From Vezdaea acicularis (Eukaryota), in the NCBI GenBank assembly GCA_026025075.1, contig JAPEUI010000099.1, positions 1 to 60,730 on the forward strand: 60,730 nt of DNA, written 5' to 3'. Both the position numbers and the translations under genes were made by a program. The notes under the pieces were generated by a model. It did no database searches, was not told where the DNA came from, and saw nothing but the letters and a program-made list of their open reading frames with translations. Of this stretch, positions 23,063 to 36,389 are shown piece by piece (within the stretch, counting starts at the first letter, position 1; every line of letters starts with the position of its first letter).

Positions 23063-24618
23063 TCAACTCATATCCACGTCCTTCTCCTCGTCCTTAGCTA
23101 CTCCATCGCCGTCCCCTACCAGCTCCCCATCCGCATCAGCCAATACTGTATCCTCCTCATGCTGTAGCGTTGCCTCACTCTCCTCCTCCCCATCTTCAAC
23201 CTTCCTCCCCGTCGCTGCCTCAACATCAAAGCCCGATCTCCCACTGCGCTCCGCTCCCTGCGGTCCCATATCCTCCATGCCTACCAGCTCCGGCCCCCTC
23301 GCATGGGGCACGCCCTCTTCCTCTTCACCCTCACTCTTGGCCTCGGCAGCCACACTCCGCGCCTCAGCCCGCGTCGCGCTCCGCGTCTGCCGCGTTTGGT
23401 TCACCGGCACGACACCCGCTTCTTGTTCCTGCCGTAGCAGCTCGCCCTGCGTCACAGCTCCTGCCTCGCGCATCGTCTCAGCCAGTTGTCGCGCGGGTAG
23501 TAGATCTGAGGCTGGGCCTTCGAAGCTTTGCCGTCCAGATGATGAGGCTATGGAGGTGGAATGCGGCACGCCGTTTATAGCAATGGAGACTGTCTCTACG
23601 GACCCGACGCCTAGTGGACCATCGATCGTGATGGTGCTCTCGGTGTGCAGGTCTGGCTGCTGGTCACGAAGCCATGGAATGGGCGTTAAGAGGGCTCCGC
23701 CAAGGGACTCATCGCTCCCCAATGCTGCACTGGATGTGATACCGTTGAAGAGAGTGGTGGTGCCATTTTCAGTAGGGCGGACAGTGCTGGTTGGGAGGGG
23801 GAAGAGGGAAAGTGGGGAGGTGACGGAGAGGATGCGGTCAAGGGCTGATAGGTAGGATGAGAGGCGTTTGTAATGCTGCCGTGGGTGTAGGAGAAGCTCT
23901 GCCAAGCGCTGGGCTGTGTGGGGTGGAGCGAGGGAGAAGGTTCTGGAGAGCGTTTGGGTTATTGATGTGTAGAGGGATTGGAGGTCGGGAGGGAGGTATG
24001 CATCGGGATCTGAGGTGGTTACGGCCGGCGCCGATGTTGCTATAGATAGAGGAGGCGCAGGAGGTCGGAATAAACGCGGGGGAGGTGAGTTCTCCTTGTT
24101 TGTGGTCGTTGAGCTTTGGCTTTCGTTGCCGTCATTGCCATCTATGCCGTCTAAGCTAGTTGGTAGGGGAGGGCGACGTCGAGCTATTAACGCAGGTGGG
24201 TGAGGCGGACGGGGAAAGTCATTGTGAATTATCTAAAGGTGGTCTTAGAACATTCCAAGTGAATCCAATGTTTTGTGACAACACACATGGTCTAATCGGT
24301 CTAAGAGACGTCGTTGTAGCGCTGGCCACTCATCGCTGTCATTGAGTTAGTTTCAAGGCAATAGGGTTAGCTTAGAGAACGGGAAGCTTACTAGTCAACA
24401 GTGCCATCCTTCGCAATCACCGCTAGCTGCTCGTCATCTGCGAAGACAGATCAGCGTTTGAAAATCATAGGAACCAAGATCGCGTCTCGCGGCGCATTGA
24501 GAGCAAGCATTGCGCAGAGGTAATTGAAGATTCCTTCAAACCGGGCAAAATTGCGAAACGTGATAACATTGACTACACAGCAAAGTCTAGGGTGTGCCGC
24601 AAGCTCACCTGTTATCAT
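23063..24618 (-). CDS. PSY4: Protein phosphatase 4 regulatory subunit 2 (PPP4R2/Psy4-like)
   Basis: The conserved PPHTAQRLAELLLHPRQHYKRLSSYLSALDRILSVTSP motif and an acidic tail are present. The 5' exons MIT|DDEQLAVIAKDGTVD|YDEWPALQRRLLDRLDH|IIHNDFP are joined by three introns (first 24608-24438). The start codon is less certain. Confidence 0.8.
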
Positions 24619-26025
24619 GCTCACTGCTCCTGGCATTGTGAACCCGAAGGATACTGTTGGGCAAATTTCTAGGCTGTTCGCGATTAGAATATCTCGGGAA
24701 GACGTGGTCAAGGAACGCGCCACCCCGCGCCCCGATCAGCCGTTACACACGGTAGGCGCCGCACGAGCAGAAGCAAACGTGAGGTCAGTCCAGACGAATC
24801 ATATATATCTCTCATTTTCAAGGGGTTAAGGGGAGTGCCTCAAGTCAATGGCGGGGCAACCCAAAGCCCCTTCTCTGTGAACTCAGCTCTCTCTGGTTTC
24901 TAGCTTGAACTGAACTGAATTGAACTTATTTGCATTTCACAAAGGTATTCTAGACCACCAACAGGCACAGGGACAACCTCCACCGACGCTGGCTGTGTCC
25001 TCAGAGTTTGGCATCTCACGTCAGTGGTGGACAGTAGCTTCATAGCATGCTCGTCCAGCAAACCCTAGGCGCGCCTATTAATAGTCGTCGGCGTGTGGAG
25101 CATGCCAAGCCCGGGTACAAACAGAGGCAGCCGACTCGGCCTCAGCTGTGCATGCATCGATAGGGGCATCGTGCAAGAGCCTCCACCCTCCTTACTAGTA
25201 TCTGTAAAAGCTGTTGTATGTGACTTCGGAAATATCTTCGCAATCATTTGATCGAAAAGAAGCTCACGAAATTATCGGTGATAACTGCACACGAAACGCT
25301 ATTACCTCCACGTACTCGTAAGCGAATGACTCGTGAAAGCGACCTACGAGCGCCGGCACCCTCCACGACCCCAACCCTGTCAGCAGCCATCGCTACAAAG
25401 ATTTCTCAGCCTTGAGCCCAGTAGACCCTCTTTTTCTCACTTTCATTCTAATCCTCATTCATCTTCCGGACGTCTCCTCGCTCATTTTCATCCCATCTCC
25501 ATTCTTGCTGGGGATTCCTGTAACGACCTCATCCTAACGACCGTCTCCTTTCATTTTCTTTCTGCGGCGAAACTCGACGCAGACTCGCCAAGCCGTTTCA
25601 AGGACTCCCCTCGGAGCCAACGACGCGGAACGTCCTTCTACACACGCCTCATTGAACCCTAAATCTCGAACTGTCGACAAAGCCGTGTGTTGAATCCTAA
25701 CTTTCTCTTCTCTTTTTGAATTGAGTGAGCACTCGGTCGCGTGCTCTTGCAGCGGCTGAGACACTTAATCATCACAAAGCCAGCAGCCGATTGTAGGACC
25801 TCGCTCTTGTGAGACACAAGATCCCCCTTGTTCTAGGAAAAGAATATAAAGCAGAGCTCCCAAAAGGGGCCGCACAATACCGCCAAAATTAGCCGGCACG
25901 AAGCTCGGAAGTCTCTATTGGGGGGGGCATCTATAGATAGATCGTATCCTTCATATTCGGAGGGATACCATCATCGAGAGGGTTTAACAGCTGCTACTGC
26001 TGGCAGGGCTGCTGGGTCTTCGAAG

Positions 26026-27241
26026 ATGTATACGCCATCATCGTTGTGGACTTGGGCGTTCACAATCGTCGCTCTCATCCAAGCGGCTATTATCTTGTCG
26101 TTTGAAAGGTAGGCTCCTCTATCAAGATGGAACACAATTCGGGACCGGCACTAATGTTTTCTTAGCTACACCTTCGCAAGATTTCAAATAGCACTGAAGG
26201 AAAATGCACAGAACAACCCCATAGCTGGGCCCTATACCCGAATTATACCTACCTATCTTACACTGTTCATTTTCGGTTTCCTGTACCAGCTGGTCCTTGT
26301 TTGGGATGCTCTACGCCTAAAAAACACCATTCAAGTGATTGGACTATGCCTTTACAACCTAGGTCTTATGATATACGCAGCGGTACAGATAGAGCAGATT
26401 CACGATGCTTTGGAACAGCTTGGGGGCCAGAACCTACTCGACAAGGGTTATGAAAACTTATGGTTAAAGGTCAAACCATTCCTGGTAGCCGTTCCTTGCA
26501 TTCTCGCCGTGGGGTTGGTGTGCCTCTCTTTCATAGCTTGGAAATTATACGACGAATTTGCGTGGACGATTTACAAGCATATTAGCGCCGACTTGAGGAT
26601 GAAGAGAAGGTACCTTACCTTCCAGGTAAGTTCCCGTTGACCAAGCTCATGTAGATAAAAAAGAAACTAATCCTGGCGTGCAGATCTATATTGCCTTGCT
26701 GAAGTTCGATTTTTTCTTCTTCCTTGGGTTCACTGTACAATTTCTTGTCGTAGTGAAGTTCCCTTTCAAGGACCCAGAGTTTGGCTTGACAATTGCTGCC
26801 GTTCCTGTCACTATCCTTATCCTCGTGATGGCTGCATTTTTCACTCGAAGAGAGAACAAATTCGGCATGTCTGTCATCATCGTAAGCTCCACGACGAAGG
26901 TTACCTGAGCAGGTCTTGTGGTTGCTGATATAAGCTAGATTCTCTTCTTCTGCGGCATGGCATACTTCATCTTCAAGCTTGAGCGAATGTACGAAAAGAA
27001 CGAGACCCAAAGGAACCGGTACAAATCAGGTCGGAAGTCATTGACAACATTCGCCGTCATCACTCTAATCCTTATCATCATGACGATCACAAACGCGATC
27101 GCTTGTGCTTTGAACTTTGGAAAGGGACTCAAGCCTCACATATCGGAGAGAAAACTCGAGGATCACGACGAAAAGGACATCGATACGGAGATGCCAAATC
27201 TGAACCATGGACAAATGCCAAGTCGAATGACCATTGACTGA
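26026..27241 (+). CDS. UPF0658-like multi-pass (Golgi) membrane protein
   Basis: MYTPSSLWTWAF..., IPTYLTLFIFGFLYQL, WDALRLKNTIQVIGLC, KLYDEFAWTIYKHISADLRMKRRY and LLKFDFFFFLGFTVQF, with three canonical introns. Confidence 0.75.
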
Positions 27242-28887
27242 GAGCGTTGCCTCTTGTCATTGGTCTTTACCCGACTGTAGCCTAGAAAATGTGAACGGAA
27301 GAGCTGTACAGAGAGGGGAGATGAGGAGCTGGAAGTTGTACTGGCGAGTGGCCCCGAGGGGGCCGGAAAGGAACGGTTATTGCCATGAACCGCGTGGATC
27401 GTTGGTGGTCAGATCTACGGTTGAATCCTTGGAGCACTTTTGGCGACATCCAAGGTGTTTCTGACTTTTCGCCTTGGGAAGCTATTTCTAGTGCCACACT
27501 CTTGTACATTCGGCAAAACTGGTGTTTGGTGTCATTAATGATATCCACGCTTTAGGCGATATCGTCTAAGCGTCTTATTATCAATTCGATTTAGTGCTTT
27601 GTTGATTAATTGCGATGTCGCCCCTTGTGAGAGATATCACTTCTGATCGCAAGCTCTTGAGTGGAATAACAAAGCTAATCGCTTCACACATGCAATTTAC
27701 CGCTGTTCCGGGACTTGAATACTTAAGACCTTTGACAAACCATGTTTGTCAAGTTTTTCTTGGATCTCAACAGCCGTGCGTTCTTATTGGGTTGGGCTTT
27801 CGTCCGGTCATGTCTCAAGTTACCTGCACGGTCCACGAATGCGTACACCAGTCCAACATTGGCGCGTCGCAAAGTATATATCCTTTTTTAGTTGATCTTG
27901 ATACGAGAGAAAGTACATTCGGCCCTTTTAGGGTGGCCGGAGCGAAACGTCGCTGACATTGAAAGAGGCTTAAGGAAACTACAGAGCGGGGCCTGACTCC
28001 CTGAGGATATCTCACAACATCCGGCCTACCCGGAATCCTCAAGCATTTGAACAGTATTCAGCAACTCATAACCCTCTTTTCAAATATCCCAGTACGCACA
28101 ATAGTGATTAAGGGTCCTGCCTCTCGCCAATCGCGCCACTGCTACTGCTTACACCCTGAACCTCCGTGCCTGAACCTACACCAGCCTCCCACTGCGGGTG
28201 TTGCTGCGAGATCGGACATTCACGGCGAGAAGAATAACGCCTAGTCTCGGCACATGCGCCCAAACCCCATGCCAAAGATTATGTGCTTGGGGCCGTGCTT
28301 GTTCCGATAATCCTCAACCACGTGGAAAGTAAGCAGCCTCGTCGATCGCGCCATGGCGGCGGTTCTCATGTGCCTTCAAGGGATGCTTGGACCCGATACC
28401 CCACTGTCGCTAAGATTGCGCCTTCCCTGTCCCTTTACCTTAAAAGCGCAGGTTGTCAGACAGAGCTCCGCATTTGCGGCAATTATTCTTTGGATGTGAG
28501 GTGCGGCAGTTGTCGCGCACGGGCCATTTCGGGCATCTCAGGACCGCTCGGGCCACTTTGCGAGATGAATCAAGCGGTTCGGCGGAGATCCCCACCGGAG
28601 GCTTGGGGCTCTGACTATCTGGGGCATGTGTCTTGGGCTATGGCAGGGCTGTTGACCCTTGATACAATGCGGGGAAGGATTTTCCGTCCCGTAGTTGAGA
28701 CGGCGCCAGAGGCGCAAATGCCGTGGGGCCAGCAAGGTTGATAATATTTAGGGCCATGGGAGCTGCTGTTTGTTTGGGTTGTCTCGTTATCACCGTGGCT
28801 TGATGCTGAACTTATGAGAGTTCGTCTGAAGCTAAACCGTGGAAGCATCTATCCATTGAGACCAAGAGTACATGATACAACGCCGTC

Positions 28888-29607
28888 ATGTACCTCGACT
28901 CCCTCTTAACCTCACGAGCCTCTCTCCGCACAGCTCTCCTCCTCTTCTCATATCTCCTCCCCGCCGTCTCCTCCGTCTCTCTCAACTACCCTTTCGCAGT
29001 CAACCCACACTTCCATTGCTACGGCGATCTGCCCAATGACGGTTATCCAGCGGAATACCCGCAATCGACATTCGCATCCATGACCGACCTCTGCTCGCAC
29101 AACGAGCTAGCGAATGTTGGCTGCATCTGCTATAACTTCGCGGTTGAATGTGGCTTCTTCACGTGGAACCCTCAGCTCATCGCCGCATTCAAAGACCTCT
29201 GCGAACTGCGCTGCACATGCGACTACGAAAAAACGTGGCCTCTCGAGATCCAGACCAAAGACCGCGATGAGCCGTACAAAGGAAGATTGCCTGCGGAATC
29301 GCCGCAAAGGAATGGGGCTGGGATCTCGCGTCAGGGCAGTACATCGAGCGATGGTAGTTGGGTCGTGGTTGATGGTCAGAGCGTGCAGGGTACACTGGCA
29401 AGAGTGGATGGTCCAGCTCATTTCAGGCCTGCGGAGCAAAGGAGGAAGAGGAAGTGGGGGTCTTGTGATGGGAAGAGAGTATGGAGGTGGCAGGAGGGGG
29501 ACGATCCGGTCTTTCCGCCGCCTAGGTGTGCTGCTGACAGCGGCAAGATGAATACCGGCTGGCTGGCATTGGACATGAATTTCGCGAGTGGTGGAAGGCG
29601 GAGATGA
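28888..29607 (+). CDS. Small secreted cysteine-rich protein (effector-like)
   Basis: Signal-peptide-like N-terminus, an 8-Cys domain (CYG...LC...CIC...EC...LC...CTC) and a low-complexity basic tail. Confidence 0.65.
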   Translation: MYLDSLLTSRASLRTALLLFSYLLPAVSSVSLNYPFAVNPHFHCYGDLPNDGYPAEYPQSTFASMTDLCSHNELANVGCICYNFAVECGFFTWNPQLIAAFKDLCELRCTCDYEKTWPLEIQTKDRDEPYKGRLPAESPQRNGAGISRQGSTSSDGSWVVVDGQSVQGTLARVDGPAHFRPAEQRRKRKWGSCDGKRVWRWQEGDDPVFPPPRCAADSGKMNTGWLALDMNFASGGRRR

Positions 29608-29792
29608 GAGTTGTGCGGATAAAGAGCTACAGAGTCTATTTATATCCTGTTTTTGAAAGCGAAATAGATTGCAAGGGCAATTCACGAAAATCAGCTGAAT
29701 AACACAGGCATGCTCCAGAAGGCGGAATTAGAGGGTATTCTATGATGCTCTCGCTGCACGATATACTCTGAGATATCCGCAGCCTACTCTAG

Positions 29793-30772
29793 TTACTCTT
29801 CCTCAGCGCCCCCCTCCTCTTCCCTCAGGAATGGTAAGAACCTGACCTCCACAAAAGCGCTCTTTCCTTCCTCACAGTCCACCAAGAATTGGAAGCTCGC
29901 AACACCCGCTTTATCAATTCGAATGCTCACCTTTCTAGCAACTGCCATCGCCCGACTAGCTTGCTGGAACCCAGCGAAAGCATATTCTTGGGACATTCGC
30001 CGTGCCACCTCAAATGTTTCCAAGATTTGCGGGTCTTTGGTAAACTCCACGCTTGCAGAGCCTAGTGCGCCCGCTCCCGAAAGAGTAAGGTATGGTGCTC
30101 GTGGAGAGGCACTCAATACAAGGCGGGTGGGATTGGTCGGGGAGAGCTCAATGATGGCATCGTGAAGGATAGCAGAGTTCAAGATAATTTTTAGCGCGAG
30201 CGAGGTGCGGTCCAGAGGAAGATCAATACGTTGTGAGCTTTCGTACGTTGTCAGAGCGCACGTAGTTTTCACGCCACTTTCAGAGAGATGAAGTTGGAAA
30301 GGCGAGCCGGGGGATGGATAGGACATCTGACATAGGCTTGTGGTACCCAGAGATTGAGGTGAGAACGCTGAAGGGCGGTTGATAGATGTTATCAGTTGAT
30401 TGAGCTGCTGGCGAGGAAATGCGTCGGTAGAGAAGATTTGCAGAGTTTCGAGAAGGGCCGAAAGAGATATCTCGAAGGGATCCAGAGAAATAGATGGGTC
30501 TACGGGGTTGTAATTGTAGCTCGTAAACAGCTCCTTGTCAAGGAAGACGAACCCTTAGTAAATATTTAGTCTAATTCTTTTGAAAAAAAAAATGGGGGGA
30601 ACATACCTTGAACAGCAGGTGAGCCCTCAACGCTAAATTGAAGCCCATCCGCCGTGATCTGGACTTGTGCTTTAGCTGCAAAGCTAATACATCGTAGAAG
30701 AATGAAGAGCTGTCGAGCCGAACTGGATATTGCCGCGAAGACTGGGGTCTCAACGCCGGCGTTTGATGCCAT
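29793..30772 (-). CDS. RAD1: 9-1-1 checkpoint clamp subunit Rad1 (Rad1/Rec1/Rad17 family)
   Basis: PVFAAISSSARQLFILLRCISF. After intron 30606-30554 come GFVFLDKELFTSY, LLETLQIF, TTCALTTYE, GALGSASVEF and ARKVSIRID. The symbol follows S. pombe/human nomenclature. Confidence 0.88.
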
Positions 30773-32699
30773 TGTTGCGTTGCCAAACGTTTGTGAAAGG
30801 ACAAGATTGAGGAGAGAGAATTGGGAATGGAATTTGAGATTTGCAGTCTCCCAAGTTGCGGCCAAAGCGGGAGCACAAAGCGTGTACGGAAGATCCAACC
30901 AGCAGAATATCTAGCGAAGATTCAATGGCTTGCGAGAGACTAGTTTCCCGTACGCTCTTGCACACCAATCAATACTGTCATTGTACACGACTTATTTTTC
31001 TTCGCCACACAAAGTCCCAAGGATCAAACGTAGACGCCGACAGCACAGATCGTGTAAACCGCACCAAAGCTAAGAATAATCAGCACTCTAACAGAGAACA
31101 GGATACGGGGGGTCCTGCATACCCAACTGCAAGAGATGCAGGGACACCAACAAGGGCAACGTTCACAAGAGATCGATCTGGAAGCGCTTGTCAGTATTTT
31201 AGACCTCGGACAGAACCAACAGCAAAAACGTACTCAATGAGAAATAACCAGTCAGAAGAAGGGCTTCACAAGGTCAGTTCCATAATCGTTTGACAGAAGG
31301 TCAAATCACAAACCGCCAAAGAGTAAGACAGAGCCTACGAGCAATTGGTTGTTCTTCCCAATGGTTGGTTGGAAAGGACTGCTTGCTGCGCTATTCCAGA
31401 CTTCTAGCAACGACGACATCTTATTCAAGGATCAATGCGTTTAAAATAAAGAGTGAGGTGAGGTTCAGCTGGAAAGCAAGGGTGTTGGCTTCGAAGTCAA
31501 CTGATCTAACAACTTTCATGTTTTTATAGTCGTTAGAACCACTTGGCATCTGGGTCTCCCTGGAATTGCACAAAGGGCTCGTATGTTCAAACGTTGTTAA
31601 TGTTTTTCACGCTACCATCGCGCTATGGCCGTAGCACGGATTTCTGTCAATATCATGGCCTCCCAGTACAGATGGTCTTAGAGGTTCAATTCCCTCTAAC
31701 ACGCAGTGGACAAAGATTATGCGACTCCTACCCTATTGGACGTATTGATACCTTTTACTAAACATTCTTGAGACCTCACGTGCACTATAAGTCTGGTCAA
31801 TTTGGCCGAGCAGTGTCCCGCCCGTCATCCTATTTCCTTGCGCACCCAGATAGTGCACAGGGGTGTCAAACAATACGGCCATACTCGTGTGCTTTTGGTT
31901 GAGGGGAGGAGAAAGTGGTTATGGACCTTTTCTTCGTTTTGCATACCTTACATCCTTCACGTACATAATTGTTCTTCCTTTGTTCTTCCTCATACTAGAA
32001 GCGTGGCATTAACTCTAAAGTCTACTTCAACCCCTCTACAGTGGCACCCAAGGTCCACACTTGTTTTAGAAATATCACAGGTACTTGTGTATGCACGATG
32101 TCTCACCCTGACTGATCAAAGCTTGTGGGAAATTGGCTACGAAGGAATGGGGTAAATAATGCCGAGATGGCCAGCCTGCTCTCCGAATCTTAACCCCCAT
32201 CGAACACTTAATGATTTCAAATCAAAATAGAAACGGAATATTTGACATGAAACTGCTAAGAATGCTCCAGACCTTCCAAATTTATCTGAAGAAGAAGGGC
32301 ATGAGCAGGATTGTTCCTGTCTCGAGGGGCAGGTTGAAAGCGTGCCCAATGGCAAAAGGGGGGAGCACACAACGGTAGCGATAGGTACAGCGTCTAAACG
32401 CTTGCAGATTCCCAACTCTAGGCTATAGTGGAGCGTGGTTGTGCCATGATAGTTATTTGAAGTCGTCAGCTTCAACAATCGCGAAATGAGCCTTTGGAGA
32501 GCTCGCGTGGCATTTGCCGCCCATCCTACCCCCCTGTAACTAGACCGAAGGCACCAACCACAGCTTAGCCAGTTTGCTGCAGCCTTACACGAAGCCACTT
32601 AACGCGTGCGGGAATCGCGTATTCCTTTCGCCATCGCCATCGTTTGCAAGATCAACGCGCCATCCCCAACCACAGGAGCGACAGTTAGGATTTTTAAAT

Positions 32700-34788
32700 A
32701 TGGGTGATACTATGACAGATGCAGCCACCGCTGCTATCTCACGAGGGGCCATTGAGTAAATCTATTTTTGCTACTGGTATTGGCATTACCCTAATTGTTG
32801 GTAGTGCTATTGTTAACGCCGCACAAAATCCACAAGCTGCTTGGCCTAACCCAGTCCTACAATGTTTACAGATACGAGAGATGAAGGCTGGCCCTCAGGG
32901 TGGTCCAACGAGATACCGCATCGTCTTGAGCGATATCGATCATTTCTCACAGGGCATGCTTGCCACTCGTATGGCGCCTCCAGCTGATCTGACTATATGA
33001 GCTGACGGCTGTCTAGAAGCGAATGACGTTGTTGAAAGCGGAAAGTTGAAGAAGAACTCAATCGTCCGTGTGACCTCTTTTAATTCCAACCAAGTTAAAG
33101 AGAAAAGGTGGGCTAGATCCTATGGAGACGTTGTACTGTATAACTATTGACTCCATTAGGATTGTGATAGTGCTTAGTCTTGAGATTCTGGAAGAGCATT
33201 GGCCACTCGAGAAGCTTGGTAACCCAGTACAGGTAGAGACAAGGGACTTAGTGGATATCAAACCACAGCCGACAACCATTTCAAGCAATGGATTTTATGG
33301 CAATAAGCCCCAAGCAGCTCAACCCCAACGTTCAGCCCAGGCTCTCCCATCTCGCCCAGTGGGTACAGCTCATGCTAACATCTACCCCATCGAAGCATTA
33401 TCGCCTTACGCCCATAAATGGACAATTAAAGCACGGTGTACACACAAATCTGATATCAAGACATGGCATAAACAAAGCGGAGAGGGCAAGCTCTTCAGTG
33501 TCAACTTTCTTGATGAGAGTGGTGAGATTCGAGCTACAGGGTTTAACGCTGAATGTGACATGCTCTATGATATCTTTCAGGAGGGTGAGGTCTATTATAT
33601 CTCCAGTCCTTGCAGAGTTCAATTAGCGAAGAAGCAGTTCACTAATCTCTCTAATGATTACGAACTGACCTTCGAGCGTGACACACAAGTCGAAAAGGTA
33701 TGCAGTGTCTTCCCAACGTATCAACGGGTCATCACTAAATTTTGCAGGCCGAGGATCCAACCGACGTACCAGTCAACAAGTTCGCCTTTACAAGCATTGG
33801 GGATCTACAATCAGTTGATAAGGACACAACCATCGATACAATCGGGGTGCTCAAAGAAGTCGATGAGGTGACTCAGATAACGTCAAAGACCACCAGCAAG
33901 CCCTACGACAAGCGAGACCTCACTTTAGTAGACAACACCGGCTTTTCAGTACGCCTTACTATATGGGGAAATACAGCAACTAACTTCGATGCGCCTCCAG
34001 AGTCAGTCTTGGCTTTCAAAGGAGTCAAGGTATCTGACTATAACGGTCGGAGTTTAAGCTTGCTAAGCTCTGGCTCGATGACAATCGAGCCTGACATCGA
34101 CGAAGCTTATAAGCTTAAAGGCTGGTATGACGCTTCCGGAAGAATGGATAAATTTACGTCACATGCTTCGATGGGAAGTGCCGGCGCTGCTGGAGGCCGA
34201 AGTGATCCTCTGAAGACCATAACTCGAGTTCTCGAGGAGAACCTGGGCATGTCTGAGAATCCCGATTACTTTACCGTACGAGCCACGATTATATATGTTA
34301 AGCAAGACTCCGTCTCCTATCCAGCATGCCTCAGCGATAATTGCAACAAGAAGGTAGTGGAGATGAATCCAGGAGAATGGAGGTGCGAAAAGTGCGACAA
34401 GACTCACCCCAGACCTGAGTATCGATACATCATGTCGGTCAATGTTAGTGATCACACAGGCCAGCTATGGCTAAGCTGCTTCGATGATGTTGGCAGAATG
34501 ATCATGGGCGTGTCTGCCGATGAGTTAGCAGTGATGAAAGAAAACGACGAAAAGGCCTTTTCAGATAGATTCCAGGATGCTACTTGCAAGACATGGATGT
34601 TCAAATGCCGAGCAAAGATGGACAACTACCAAGATCAGCAGAGGTAGGTTCTCCTTGCCCCTAAGACGATTCGTTACTAAAAGTTCTCAAACAGAGTCCG
34701 ACACCAAGTCACCGGCGCTTCAGCCGTCAATTACGTAGCTGAAGGCAAGAAGCTCGTTGAAATGATGAAAGTCTATAACCTTGATTAA
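32700..34788 (+). CDS. RFA1: Replication protein A 70-kDa subunit
   Basis: RYRIVLSD, IYPIEALSPYAHKWTIKAR, GEGKLFSVNFLDESGEIRATGF and the Zn finger YPACLSDNCNKKV...WRCEKC. Five short introns; TAA at 34786-34788. Confidence 0.96.
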
Positions 34789-34998
34789 GCAATACATGGC
34801 TGAGCGTGGATGTCCAAAGCAATTCTTCGATTGTGGCGATGTATTGTTAATGTCATCATAGTACCGAATTGGGGAATCAGGGGCGCATTTAACTTTTTGT
34901 GTCGTTAATGATATGTTTAAAGGTCACAGACTAAGATTGACGACTATTGACTGTTGACTGTTGTTGACTTCTTCAATTCTAGATTTTCCAGGGACTAC

Positions 34999-36074
34999 TC
35001 AATAGACAGTGCATATGATTTTCCCCTTAGTCTTATTACTCTCCATTAGCTTATGAGCATCAATGATTTTTTCCCACGGGAACACCTGGTCTATCAGGAT
35101 CTTGAAAGTACCATCGGCAAACTTCGGTAGTGCATGGTCTTCCAAAGTATCCCGAAGCTTACCCTGATACTCCGGGTCCCTACTCCTCAAGCTGCTCCCC
35201 TCGTATCTGAGCCGCTTATATACAAAAGCTCCGATATCAACTCCCGCGGGCAACTTAGTGCCACTGAGAGCCCCTAAATTAACAACACGGCCATCCCTCG
35301 CTGCGGCATCTAAGTTCCCCTGGAAATAATTCTGTCCCACAAAGTCTATGATCAGATCAACGCCCTTGCCTTGCGTGACCTTTAAGATCTCTTTCGACCA
35401 GTCTTGCTCATGGTAATTGAAACCAGCCGTGGCCCCCAACTCGTTGACGCAGAAGTCGATTTTCTCTTTTGAACCCGCTGTGACATATATAGCTGAGGCA
35501 CGGTCCTGCCGTGCTAGCTGTATACCAGCGATCGAGACCGATGATGCACCGGCATGGAAGAGGACCGACTTCCCGGGCTTGAACTCGCCGACGAGCCAGA
35601 GCGCTTGCGTGGCAGTGATCCACGTCTCGGGTATACCAGCCGCCTGCTCCCAAGAAAGGTGTTCCGGCTTATGAATCAGCATGTGCGTTGACACTGCGAC
35701 ATATTCTGCATATGCCCCTCCGTACGCAAGGCCGAAGACCTTGTCGCCGACTTTGAAGCCTCGCTCTGCGTCTTTGCCTAAGCTCTCTATCGTGCCGGAG
35801 AATTCGACGCCGAGGGTCTTAGGGGCTTGGGGTGGCACTGGGTATTTCCCTTCCCGCTGCAGAAGATCCATGCGGTTCAGTCCGAAGGCCTTAACCTTGA
35901 CGAGAGCGTCGGAGGACTTGGGCTGGGGTTTCGGTGTATCAGCGTTCATGAACAATGCATCCACGGGGCCCTTCCCGTTCTTGATGTCTAGAGACCATAT
36001 TGTCAGCATGGCTGGCTAACATTGAAGGCTCAAATCCATGATAGGCTTCAGACCGGCATACCGACGGCTCGCAT
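34999..36074 (-). CDS. NAD(P)H:quinone oxidoreductase (PIG3/zeta-crystallin-type MDR)
   Basis: MRAV, intron 36061-35988, then DIKNGKGP. Motifs VKAFGLNRMDLLQREGKYP, LGVEFSG, AAGIPETWITA, HAGASSV and MESNKTKGKI. Confidence 0.92.
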
Positions 36075-36389
36075 GTTCTCCCCCATCCTGACGAGATAGA
36101 CCTAGCCAAGTACACAAGCAATGAAGCTCCAAATATTGAGCTGAGATTTGAAGCTCGATCAAAGGGTTTAACGGTTACGCAAGAGGACCAAGGAAGCTCT
36201 CCTATTGTCTCACAGTCATGTCAGATTCCAATTACCTCATCAGCCTACGAGTGGGCATGATGATTCGTCTATGTGATCGTGCACCTCGGCAAAGCTACAT
36301 TGCTGCCGCATGTCACCGCCCTCTTGCCGAGCGGAACTTTCTTTCGCACATTCTGAGGTTTTTCCGGAAGCAACAAATAGCCAATAAAA

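Noticed and set aside
22986..23855. 289-aa plus-strand ORF and similar long antisense ORFs elsewhere (for example 11806-12288, 47038-47598, 56521-57003)
   Set aside because: They are shadows of real opposite-strand genes in GC-rich or skewed sequence.
25655..25663. AACCCTAA as a possible telomerase RNA template (also TTAGGG-like words at 20264 and 24362)
   Set aside because: The matches are shorter than or differ from the expected TAACCCTAA. There is no room for a kb-scale RNA before the next CDS, and the 24362 match lies in an intron around a CTAAC motif.
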